A DNA stretch of 62,796 nt, counting the filler, from Welwitschia mirabilis (lineage: Eukaryota): assembly GCA_051453625.1 (NCBI GenBank). It is 5 parts of one record of this genome, joined end to end, with 100 filler letters (N's around TTAATTAATTAA, not from the genome) between each part and the next. Parts side by side here need not be neighbours in the genome. Positions count along the whole stretch, not along the records: positions 30,735 to 55,200 come from JBOZIK010000001.1; positions 55,301 to 58,983 come from JBOZIK010000001.1; positions 59,084 to 62,796 come from JBOZIK010000001.1; 2 more parts are not named here. One strand, 5' to 3'. The position numbers and the translations under genes are program-made. The notes below the pieces were generated by a model, which saw nothing but the letters and a program-made list of their open reading frames with translations, made no database searches and had not been told where the DNA came from. Numbering within the stretch: the stretch's first letter is position 1; each line of letters starts with the position of its first letter. Positions 50,682 to 62,796 of the stretch are shown here, one piece after another.

Positions 50682-52395
50682 TTATGCTTTGGTAAATTCA
50701 GAAGTTCGTCAAAAACTTGACAAAAATCTTAAAAATGCATTTTTATTGGTTATTGTACTCAATCCAAAGCATATAGATTATATAACCCTCTTAATGGCAA
50801 GATCTTAACAAGAAGGGATGTAGTATTTGATGAAAATGCAAGCTAGGTATGGCATAAGAGTGAAGAGAAGATGCAAGTACAGGTTCTTGTGGTCAATGAA
50901 GTCTTCCTATATGAGAGTCAAGAAACAACACCAACTAGTTCCTCCACCCTTGAAGAGTCTTCTGATGAAACACCACCAAGAAAGTTTAGATCTTTGGCTG
51001 ATATATATGCATCTTGTCAATTTGCTCTTACTGTTTCAATTCCTATAACTTATGCAGAAGCAGCTGAAAAAGAAGAATGGCAAAGAGCAATCGTGGAGGA
51101 ATTGACAGCAATCGAAAAGAATGGGACATAGGAGATGGTGGACTTACCGGAAGGCAAAACTGCAATTGGTTTGAAGTGGGTGTTCAAGACAAAATTTGAT
51201 GCAGAAGGAAGCATATAGAAGCACAAAGCTTGGCTTGTGGCGAAAGGATATGCGCAGCAACATGGTATTGATTTCGAAGAAACTTTTTCTCCAGTAACTC
51301 GTTTTGAAACTGAGAGGATTGTTCTAGCATTGGCTACACAATTGCAATGGCCAATTTTTCAATTTGACGTCAAGTAAGCTTTTCTGAATGGAAATTTACT
51401 AGAAGAAGTTTATGTAAATCAGCCAGAAGGTTTCTCAATGAAACGAAAAGAAACAAAGGGGTACAAGTTGAGAAAGGCGTTGTATGGATTGAAGCAGGCT
51501 CCTCGGGCATGGTATAGCAAAATTGAGGGGTATTTTCAACAAAATGGATACATGAGAAGTGAGAATAAGCCCACATTCTATGTGAAGAAGGAAGGTAAAA
51601 ATGATTTTATCATTGTTTGTTTTTACGTTGATGATATCATATATGCAAGTTCCTGGCTGAATTTAAATCACGAACGAAGAATGAGTTTGAAATGTCAGAT
51701 ATGGGTTTACTGCATTATTTCCTTGGTCTTGAAGTCCAACAAATAGAAGATGGGATTTTTATCTCACAAATAAAATATGCCAAGGACCTCCTAAATAAAT
51801 TTGGCATGTTTAATTCTAAGTCTGCAGCTCCACCCATGAACATTAATGAAAAATTGCAACAAGAAGATGGAGTAGAGAAATTGATGCTAAAAGATTCAGA
51901 AGCTTAGTTGGAGGCTTAATTTATCTAACCCCTAGTGGACCCAATATTGCGTTTTCTATTGATATGATTTCCAAGTTCTGCAACATCCTTCAAAAGTTCA
52001 TTTTGGAGCAGCAAATTGAGTCTTGCATTACATCACTGAAGCTATGGATTATGGGATTTGATACTTAAAAAATTTCAATTTTAGATCATATGGGTCCATA
52101 GACAATGATTGGGCAAGTTCACTGATGATAGGCAAAGAATTTTGACAAATAATTTTACTCTAGTGTCAGGAGTAATCACTTGAAACTCAAAGAAGTAAGC
52201 CAGCGTAGCATTGTCATCCTCACAAGCTGAGTACATTATAGAAACTTTAGTATCTTGTCAATTCATTTGGTTAAGAAGAATATTAGCTAAACTTCAATAA
52301 GACTGAGAGGAAGTAACAAAGATATTTTGTGATAATAAAGCAATAATATCCATGATAAAAAATCTAGCATTTCATAGCAAAACGAAGCATATCTG
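50682..52395 (+). mobile_element. Second copy of the same copia family (integrase C-terminus, RT, RNaseH), truncated
   Basis: Collinear with ~47806-49540. Translates KLRKALYGLKQAPRAWYSKI, FYVDDIIY and MSDMGLLHYFLGLEV. Confidence 0.9.
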
Positions 52396-55300
52396 TTAGG
52401 ACAATTTTTTTTGTAATGTTACACCTGTGATTTTAAGTGATTGAGTGAATTTTTAATATTTTATCTAGCATCTGAAATATGAAATAAATTCAAAAATTAA
52501 AGATTTTTTAATAAAATGTTTTGTAAAAGGGCACCTTATAATTAAAGCATTTTCAAATATAATTTCTATTATGGATTGTTTTGCAAATGAAGCAATGAAG
52601 AGAAAGAAGAATGAAATTACTTTAAATTGAGATGCACTAATTTACCTTAGTGTATACTAACATTTTGTCGTTTAACATATCAATATTTAAATTTAAAAGG
52701 AAAAAATCCCAATTAAACTCTATGTTTGAATTTGTTTTAATAAATCAAATGACAAGGCTTTCTTTATGACCAGAAGGTATATAAGGTAAGAAGATTATGT
52801 TTAAGGATAATTCTCATATGGACACTATAATGAAAGAATTGAATAAGTAGATGCAAGTAACAAAATCAATATTAAAGATAAACCCAAGTTCTAACCTCCA
52901 ATGCGTTTTCTGTTCTGAGAGGCAAATCTTTNNNNNNNNNNCTGGTTTGTTTTGCCAATGTATTTTTCTTTTCTATTTGCCAATTTCCTTTCTTCTTCCA
53001 TTCCCTGTGATCCCTCCTTACCATCTTCTTGTTTTCTTACTCTACTTTTAATCTTAAATGCTACTTCTTACAATCCGTCAGCCGATATTTTTTCCTGTAA
53101 TTATTCTATTTTGTTTTTAGCTATATTCCCAACATTAAAAATGATGTTTTTTTCACCCCTTTTTAAAATCATCTCTTTATTGTTTTTATTTTCAACCTTG
53201 TTGTTTTTTCGATCTCTTTGTGCTCGGGGTCTATTTCGATCGTCTCTGCTTTTTTTGTGTGTTGTGCCTCCTCCTTTGAAACATGATCACCTTCATGTCA
53301 TGATTTTCTGGTGCTTTTCTTCCATTCGATATGATGTCTTCCTCCGATGCGTGTTGCTTGCCTGATTTCCTATGATTTTCTTTTTGAGCACTACCATCTT
53401 CCTCTAGTTCATGCTCCCTTTTTTTTCACTATCCTCTCTCTTGATGGTGTCTATTAATGATCACCCCTTTGATGCCTATGATTTCTCTCTTTTGATGTGC
53501 TATCTCCTTCTTTCTGATTTGCTACTAGATTTTGTGCATTACTCTATTATCAAAAACATTGACCTTGGTTAACTCATTATTAAGAATCAAAAGAGAATTC
53601 AATATTCCAATGCCAAGATCAGGAATGTTTAATTTATAGACTAGAGAATCAAAGGCATTCTCGAAAATATTGCTCTGAAGCTGATCCCATGGTGAGGAAA
53701 GTAAATTGTTGCCTTGGACTAGCATGGAAGACATCACAATTCTTGTTCCTTGTCATCTTTTGCTATTCAGATTTTTAAATTTTTCAGAAACTCTTGAGAG
53801 ATACTTGTATTTTTCTAAAGGTTCATTGTCTTTAGTAACTCCAAAGTACATTAATAAAACTAGTTCTGAAATTCACTTTTTATCAAATAAATCCAAAGAA
53901 GAAAACTGATATATAAGAGGAGAATTCTTGAACTCATTCTTAAATAACTATTCTTGCAACAGTGGTATAAGGCTTTATGTATTCCCCTTTTTTAGTTCAG
54001 GACCATTATAATAGCTTAAAATAGGTGCTATGAGGTAGATCGATCATTGCTATAATCAAATTACCTAAAGAAATCGGTATTGACCTTGACACCACCAGTT
54101 TCTAGAATTGTGGTAGAACATCCAGACTAGTTCAATTCTCTAGGATATTTGACCAAATCATCCTTAAGTGCTAGTATTTTGCTAGTGTTCTTTTTGTATT
54201 TAAGAGGATAGTATTTCATCCAAAGACCCTGCATTTTATTATTCCAATCAATGTAGATTAAATTTGTCATATGCACAACAACACAAACTTGTGTAGTAGA
54301 TACAAAAGCATTAATTTTTAACGATGAATTCCATAATAAAGACATGAAGCAGCTTTATGAAGCAATTAGCTCAATGGTTTTTCTCTATTTAGATATTCCA
54401 ATGCCACACTACTTTTCCTATATATAATCACTACATATGAAGTTGTCCTAAGTATTGGGCATTTAGGGAGAAGCCAATTGATATCTGCCATCTAGTTGGA
54501 AAGAATAACAACAATGATGTCATCCTTGACACATTGCTAATTGAAATAGAATCAACATTGACCCATGTTGGTAGCCCTTAGACCCATAATAGAGAAAATG
54601 AAGCACATTTTCTTATAATACCAAAGTTTTAAAGGAGGTCAGAAGTTTTAGTTTTGCTCAATAGATGACTTCCTGGGATTTTATTGTCATTGGATCCACC
54701 AAGGCCACCATAAACCCTTTCATTTTTTATAGTTTATAATTCTCGAGCACGTGACTCATCATCATGAATCTATCACTTTCTTTTAAGCAAAAGCTTATTA
54801 ATGCTACTAGGATTATTACTATGAACTAATGTATTAATTTTATCACAAGCAGGTTTCTTCTTTAAGGACTCAGTCTGTTCTCAGCTATGAAACACAGGCA
54901 ACATTAGAGCATCCCAAGGATTTGTTTTATTTGCAACTAAAACTAAGCCAAGCCATATGGAATGCATAGACACCAACATAATTTTGGAAGAAGAATATCC
55001 TTTCATATGTAAGATAAGGTGTCAATGCAACTAGAATAGAAATCCCCAAAGTACTCATTAAAGCATTGCCCTTGGACCTCTTCTTTCTCTTATGTATTTT
55101 TCAACACCACTACTAAAACGTCCCCTATTTTTCTCTATGGTCGTTGTTGTAATGCCAATTTGTAGATATTTGATGGTGTGTTTTGAGTACTTTTGCAAGA
55201 NNNNNNNNNNNNNNNNNNNNNNNNNNNNNNNNNNNNNNNNNNNNTTAATTAATTAANNNNNNNNNNNNNNNNNNNNNNNNNNNNNNNNNNNNNNNNNNNN

Positions 55301-56173
55301 TTGCTTACTATTTTCTACATTTATTTTTTGACATATTTTAACAAATAAATATTTTAGAAATAATTATTATCAAAAAAATTATTGTTTTACATATCCCCAT
55401 TTATAACACAATCCTAAAATTATAGAAAAAATTTCACTAATTTATACCTATTAATTAATATGATATAATGTTTTTATCCTATGTCTCTATTTTGAAAATT
55501 TAATTTTTGCCATAACAAAAAATATGATAAAGTTTCTATAACTACTTAGGCAATAACTTAGATTAGCAAAATAATGAATATAGTAACTAATTAATTATAG
55601 AAAAAGAAATCAATTATAAAAATAAAAGAATCATTATAGAAAGAAAAAATAAAATCAATTCAAAAAAACATTTACCATAAGCCTTCAGATTTTCCATAAA
55701 AGAGTACTAGCCTAAAGAGAATTTTGAGAATTAGACTTTGTCTGTAATAAGATGGTCCTAATGCATAATAGATAAAAATAAATATAGAGTTAAAATAATC
55801 ATGGGTATACAAATTTCTTTTTTTTCTTTTTTCTTTTTTTTAATAGTAAACCCCCTAATAACTTGATCATAATCATCCATTAATAATCCACCATCACCAA
55901 GCATAAGAGATCTCATCATATCTTACTGTAATGTCTTGGTGGGTGCCAATAGGAGGGGAAACTATTTTATAACATAATTGCATAAAAGCCATAAATAATT
56001 CCATAATAAAGTATCACATTATTCTAATAGAAAAAGGAGATCATATAGATAATAATAGTAAGGAGTTTAGTGAAAAAGATTAGTAAGACCTTGATACTTT
56101 TAGATGGTGAAGATTCAAGCTTAAGAGTTCCTTAGCTCCACGCTCGTAAGCTCCAAGCTTCACAAGCAAGAGA

Positions 56174-56174
56174 A

Positions 56175-56203
<29 letters not shown>
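56174..56203. repeat. Compound (GT)n(GA)n microsatellite
   Basis: TGTGTGTGTGTGTGTGAGAGAGAGAG. Confidence 0.85.
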
Positions 56204-56205
<2 letters not shown>

Positions 56206-57213
56206 AAAATAAATGCACTTGTAAGAATCAAAAGAAAAGTATCTCCTTTTTATAAGAAAAGAAAGGATCTCTAGATATAGACAAATAAAGGCACATATCT
56301 CAATATGACATGATTTANNNNNNNNNNNNNNNNNNNNNNNNNNNNNNNNNNNNNNTATATAAAGAGAAGAGACCATATTTATAACTCATGCACCTAATTA
56401 GGTTGAGTAATATTCTTGCTTAAATTAGCAAGTTTAATTACATGCATCATTTCCTCATGCTTATAAAAATGTAAATTACTTGCTTACTATTTTCTACATT
56501 TATTTTCTGACATATTTTAACAAATAAATATTTTAAAAATAATTATTATCAAAAAAATTATTATTTTTACATTTTCCCATTTATAACACAATCCTGAAAT
56601 TATAAAAAATCACCAATTTATACATATTAATTAATATGATATGATATTTTTATCCTATGCATTTATTCTGAAAATNNNNNNNNNNATTTTCCCATTTATA
56701 AGACAATACTAATTATACAAAAAAACCTCACTAAGTTATATGTATTAATTAATAATCTAAGATGTTTTTATCCTATACCTCTATCCTAGAAATTTAATTT
56801 TCACCATAATAAAAAGATGATAAAGTTTCTATGACTACTTATGTAATAACTTAGATCTACAAAATACGGATATACTAACTAATTAATTATAGAAATATAA
56901 ATCAATTGTAAAAATAAAATAATCATTATAGAAAGAAAAAAAATCAATAAAATTCAAAAAAACATTTACTATGAGCCTTTAGATTTTTCATAAAAGAGTA
57001 CTAACCTAAAGATAATTTTGAGGATTAGACTTTACCCCTAATAAGGTGGTCCTAATGCATAATAGATAAAAATAAATATAGATTTAAAATAAACATGGAT
57101 ACCCAAATTTCTTTTTTATTTTTATTTTTTTTAATAGTGAACCCCTTAGTCACTTAGTCATAATCATCCATTAGTAATTCACCATCATCAAGCACAAGAG
57201 GACCCCTTATATC

Positions 57214-57363
57214 TTACTATAACATCTTGTTATATGTAATGGAAGGGAAAAATATTTTATAACATAATTTAATAAAATCCATAAATAGTTACTATAACAT
57301 CTTGTTATATGTAATGGAAGGGAAAAATATTTTATAACATAATTTAATAAAAGCCATAAATAG
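57214..57363. repeat. Near-perfect 75 bp tandem duplication
   Basis: TTACTATAACATCTTGTTATATGTAATGGAAGGG...CCATAAATAG occurs twice with one visible mismatch. Confidence 0.9.
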
Positions 57364-59165
57364 TTATATAATGAAATATGACATCATTCCAACAGAAAAA
57401 GGAGATCATATAGACAATAAAATTAAGGAGCTTATTTAGAAAGATTAGTAAGTCTTTGATAGTTATAAATGATGAAGTTCCAAGCTGAAGAGTTCCTTAG
57501 CTCCAAGCTCTTAATTTCCAAGCTTCCAATCTCTAAGCTCCACAAGTAAGAGAATGAAATAATAAGAGAAAGAGAGATAGAGAGAGGGAAAGAAAAAAAT
57601 AAATGCACTTGTAAGAATCAAAAGAAAAGTATCTTCTTTTTACAAGAGAAGAACGAATCTCTATATATAGATAAACAAAGGCACATAACTCAATATCATA
57701 AGATCACATGATTTAGTATTGCTAAGTTGGATGAGTAATAAGTGATATTGGAGTACACAAAGAGATTATATTTATAACTCATGCACCTAACTAGAATGAG
57801 TAATCTTCTTGCTTTCATTAGTAAGTTTAATTACATGCATCAATTTTTTATAAGCTCATAAGTAAGTTTAATTCATCCAAAGACATGCATCAAAAGAATA
57901 AATACACAAATCTCAAAATTAGCATGTGGCATAATGAGACAAACTCTTCAATTCTAATGAATAAAGCAATAAGTATGCTATAAACAAGGTGCCCTTACAT
58001 ATTTGAAGAACATAAAAGTCATGGTAGAGTAANNNNNNNNNNNNNNNNNNNNNNNNNNNNNNNNNNNNNNNNNNNNNNNNNNNNAATGCTCATTTATTTC
58101 AAAATGCATAAAATATATCAATCAGATAACATAAGGAAAAAATTATTTATTCATAATATAGTACACATATCACATTTACCAAGAACATAAATAAGCAAAT
58201 AAGATATGAAATATATTATTATGTCCTCTTGAAACTTCCAATTTATTAGTTTTATGATGTGATTTTAATTTCTCACATATTGGAATTATGTAATTTTAAA
58301 TGTTTAGATAGATTTTCTCATAAAAACTTTTAACATAATTTTTATCACTTTCATGATAAATTATAAATATTACAAATTAAGGTTAATTTTAAAATGACAT
58401 CTTATTTGATAAGGAACCTAAATAAGGATAATTATTCATTTGACTAAAAGTTTAACATACTTATTATTTAAGTAAATAAGGTTTACAAAATATAGGATAT
58501 GACATTTTTCCCCACTTACACTGATTCACTCCTGGGAATTAATATACATAATATTTAAGTAAATAAGGTTTACAAAATATAGGATATGACATTATCCCCA
58601 ACTTAGATTTATTCACTCCCAATAATCAAGATATATAGAGAGCTTAAGGATATCTAACTACATATTATGAAATTTAAAAAGATTTGGATATTAACTTTTC
58701 ACAATTTATTACTACTCTATTTTTCATTAACCAACTCATCTCCAAAATAATGTCATATTTTTTTAAGTTAATAACAATTATTTGTATCTAAAAATCTCCC
58801 CCACTTATGCATAAAGTACAATTTTGTTTTTCTATCTTTGTCTTTTTTACAACATCTATTAGACTCTTAGGTTAAACATGAATACTTTGATAGCAACAAA
58901 AGGGAGAGAACTATCAATAAGGATATGTGATTTAGCTTTTTTATTTAAATTCATATGTGACACATATCTTAATAATTCTATAANNNNNNNNNNNNNNNNN
59001 NNNNNNNNNNNNNNNNNNNNNNNNNNNTTAATTAATTAANNNNNNNNNNNNNNNNNNNNNNNNNNNNNNNNNNNNNNNNNNNNAAAAGAGAATTGTTAAT
59101 TATTTTCTCTAGCAAGATGCAATCATAAATTGAACTTTAAAGTTCAAGGGAGATCACTTGGCTGA

Positions 59166-59545
59166 TTGACACTAATCTAAAGACAAAAATTTAGGTAATA
59201 TTTCAAGTTAGTTATTTAAAAATCAAATTATTTTGGGTTGACACCAACTAAAAGTCAAAACTTTGAGTCAGATTTCATTTCCAAAATCATTTATCTTCCT
59301 TTACAACATACATTCAAGTAATTATATGTGATTGAATAATACCAACTTAAAGTTGAAACTTTGAATTGGATTTTAAGCCAGTCCTAGTATTTCTTTTTTT
59401 ATAATAAAAAACATAGAAGCACCTAGTAAATTGACACCGACTCAAAGTTGAAACTTCAAATCAGATTTCATGACTAACCCTTAACTAGCAAGTCCTGGTA
59501 GTTGACCAATACCAGCTTAAACCCAAAGATTTGGACTAGATTTCA
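59166..59545. repeat. Array of five ~35-40 bp palindromic repeats with non-repetitive spacers
   Basis: Consensus TTGACACC(G/A)ACTCAAAGT-nnnn-ACTTTGAGTCAGATTTC at ~59166, 59238, 59335, 59431 and 59505. Confidence 0.75.
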
Positions 59546-60559
59546 AGTTAACTTAATCCATGGACTTGCTTTTGTAGAGGAGAACCTCATTCTTAGTACC
59601 CCCACCCCCCTTCCCCATCCTCAAATTCCATCTATAACTCTCATGTAGTAACTTTATTCTTTCATTTACATGTGATTTCTTAATAACAATGTTAAGAATT
59701 CAAAGGATTCCAGTGCAAACTGATGAGTTCTCGATGATCACCTTTGAACTCTTTAGAACATCTTTGCAATGGATTTAATGATCCTCATCATAAACTCATG
59801 AGTTCTCAATAACCCTCATCAAATCTAGTGCTGCAAGGAGTGATTGAATATAACTATGTATTTCTCGTTTACCACACTTAAAGTCATTCTTGATGACCCC
59901 TCCATTCTTGATTACCCCTATCACACTGACAAATCTACATCATGTCCATTTCACATCATTCAATCATGTCGGCGCTGCCATGTCAACATTCACATTACTA
60001 GCTTTGAATTAGTAAAATTTTTGAATTTTCACCTTACCAAATTGACATTTAAATTTTTTCAACATTATCAAGGTATAAAAATTTCTGATTAAATCTATTT
60101 TCTTTGCTACAAGATTTTTATTTACTACTCAATCATGTGAATTTAATTCAATAGTAAGTAAAAATTTTTTTTATTTAAAGTTGGTAATAGGTTATTAATT
60201 TTACTTTCACCCTGCATTTTTATTTTATCATATTAACTATTTTCTTATTCTCAAGCCCCTTGATAATGGTGGATAACCTTAGAGGAAAATTTTAGGTATC
60301 GTTATTCTCTCTTTTATGCATTTAGAATCCTGCTGAACTTCATTTGAAAAGATAGTTAAATAGGTTTACTACATTCAATTCTTTTTCATTTGGCTAAATA
60401 ATGTTTTATGTTACTAGAAAGTGAATTTGATTTAAAGGTTTTATGTTACAATTATCTTACTTAACTCCATCTCTGACACAAATTTTTACAACATGCAAGA
60501 TTATTTCAACCATAAATTTCACTTAAGTTTTTGCAGACCCCTACTTAATAGAATTTAAG

Positions 60560-62000
60560 CAAAGAATCATCAAGTTGGAATGGTATGAATGGCTTACTAT
60601 GAGTGACAAATTCTCTTTAGAATCTAAATATAAATTTTACAATAAATTAAGAATAAACAATGCTAAAATTATACTGGAAACCGCTGTGGAAAACTGGTGA
60701 CTAACAGTCATCTAAGAGAACATAAGAAAAATTCTGACCTACCACCCAGAGGGAAATCCATAAATGACATCTATAGAAAAGAAGACACGAATCTAAGTAT
60801 GAATATAGTAGGATGATTGGCACTTCAGGGATGAATACCAGTTCATAAGAACATAGAACTAGAATTCTTCATTATCTCCAAGATGATGGCTAATAATTTG
60901 GTATCCATTATTTATAAATAGAAGGATATCACATTACCTGATCTTTATATGATTATAGCTATAAAGGACAAGACAAATTATACTAATGTAAATATTATAG
61001 AAGTAATCTTTTTAGGGATGGCGAGGCATATTACCAAATTGAATAAAGTTGAAATTGAAGCTTTGGATATTGTAGAACTTGGATTTCCTTTTTTGATTAC
61101 CTAAATTTTGAATAAAAATAAAATTTCATTTCAACCAAATAAACCTTGGGTTAAAGTATTCATTCAGAGCTTATTTGGAATCAAGGGGTTAACTCTTCTA
61201 AAAAATCTAGGGCATAAGATAGCATAGCCAGATCTAAGGGAATCTTCTTCTACTTCCCAAAGTCTACCTTCACTATTGTCCCCTTCAAGTGTATTATAGA
61301 ACCCAACCTAGTTCATGTTCAAGGAACTTTTGCCTTCCCAATGATTTTCGTTTGGTTAATTCTTCAAAGCACTAGAGGAGGACAAATTGGACAACCTTTG
61401 TAGTGCTTTGAATATAGTTAAAGATGAAATTAAAATTTATCTATGTAGGAAAAATGAAGTTTCAACATTATAAGATCAAGTTGGTAATCTAAAAGTTGAA
61501 AATAAACTCTTAAAATAGAAACTGGATTAAGAAAAAGAGAATAATGAATAGCTATAACAAGAGATTACCAACTAAGGAAAAGATACTTAGCTCACTAAAT
61601 CTTTCAAAGAAGTAAGCAAAAAATTATAGAGGGCTTATGAACACATTGCTAAACTAGAATTAGCTGCCAAATACAAAGGAGAGATGGAAAATTTTCAAAG
61701 AGAAAAGCCAGACATGTTAGTATAGTTATTATAAAATTTGGCTTGAAGTAAAAAGTATGATGCTAAATATATTAATAATTAACAAAAATTTATCACTTTC
61801 ATGCATAATGAAGGGCCTATACCTCTAAACAGGGAATGATTAAATAAAATTTATATATACCTGTAAGGGATGAAGAGAAATTTATGAAAATTTATGTAGA
61901 GGACCAAGATTATAGGCAAAAATGGCATGAAGCCTAAGGTTATTTGGAATACTATCACTCCCTCTTAGGAGCAAATAGAAGAGCCATGGATTAATTAATA
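60560..62000 (+). mobile_element. Decayed retrotransposon accessory (env-like) ORF followed by coiled-coil-like remnant
   Basis: LGFPFLIT*ILNKNKI at ~61075-61125 resembles the LPYPFLIT motif of the env-like ORF at ~32390. Many stops. Confidence 0.4.
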
Positions 62001-62796
62001 TAAGAAAATAGGGCTCTTAAGAATTAGATGGAAGAAGCAAAATATTCTAGTTAGCCTCCACTTAATTATTCAATAAAAGATTTTTCTTCAAAAATAAAGA
62101 AGGAAATCCGGAGAGGAATGAGTTTAATTTAGGACATCTTTTCAACTTCTTTAACTCTATCTTATGATATGGAGGATAAATAAAATCAAGTATTATTAAT
62201 AATCTAAGAGAATCTTAAGCAGAGTTAAAGAAGGATTTTAGAGTAGCAAGCCATAAGTCTACGTAACTTATTATTCATAATTTAGAGAAATAAAACATGA
62301 GGTTTCTTTATAAGCTTCACCTCATGGAAATAAAGTTGGGTAAGAGAATTGGGTTTGGGTATAAGGAATTGGTTGTGCTGCATAGCCTTGACTATTACCC
62401 CCAGAAGTTATATAATTTTTTTAATAGATTTAAAGAACATTTAGAAAGCATTATTCAAAAAACTTATAGAGGTTGGTCAAAGCTAATGTGTATTTTTGAT
62501 TATTTTAAAAGAGATATGAGATCATTGTGAATTGAAATTATACAGAAGGAAATGGAAACCCCCATAAGAGAACTCAAAATTTTTTTGAATGATACTACAA
62601 TAAAATTTTACATAATTTTAGAATAATGTGAATCAGATGTTAAAGTTTTTATAGTGTCGTCTTAGGATTTTTAGCAGTTATATTCTTTTACAGATTAAAT
62701 TATTCAGAACATGACTATGCTGAAAGGCATATTTGTGGTTTTTTTTTTTTTCTAAATTTAAAACATAAACAAACATATAATCAGGGGTAAACCTCA

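Larger units (their letters stand above)
55301..58350 (-). repeat. Two tandem copies (55301-~56460 and ~56480-58350) of the repeat at 24780-26770, inverted
   Basis: Both copies start TGCTTACTATTTTCTACATTTATTTT (55302, 56481) and are collinear over ~1.1 kb. They are the reverse complement of the left copy. Confidence 0.85.

Noticed and set aside
59166..59545. True CRISPR array
   Set aside because: Eukaryotic TE context, degenerate repeats, irregular spacer lengths and no cas genes.

Overview
AT-rich land-plant nuclear DNA from a draft scaffold with many N gaps, four of which carry an artificial TTAATTAATTAA linker. The left 23 kb holds two intact + strand genes. The first is an EIN3-binding F-box gene (EBF1/2-like), of which the main coding exon 234-2189 is present and exon 1 lies upstream of the window. 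The second is an 11-exon GT31 beta-1,3-galactosyltransferase (8758-22652, 409 aa) whose two long introns each carry a decayed Ty1/copia element of apparently the same family. The rest is a graveyard of nested, heavily C>T/G>A-mutated retrotransposons: Sirevirus-like copia with an env-like ORF, Tat/Ogre-like gypsy, and two copies of an Ivana/Ale-like copia. It also holds a ~2 kb repeat in inverted orientation ~30 kb apart and a hypermutated first-exon fragment of a conserved plant 2OG-oxygenase-like gene. I see no clear new multi-gene system. The best leads are a 35-codon uORF abutting the GT31 start, the stranded hypermutated gene fragment, a CpG-rich hairpin-containing island after EBF, a palindromic repeat-spacer array, the long inverted repeat pair, and the poly-U motifs of the EBF 3' UTR. 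A gymnosperm/gnetophyte-like host is a guess only.
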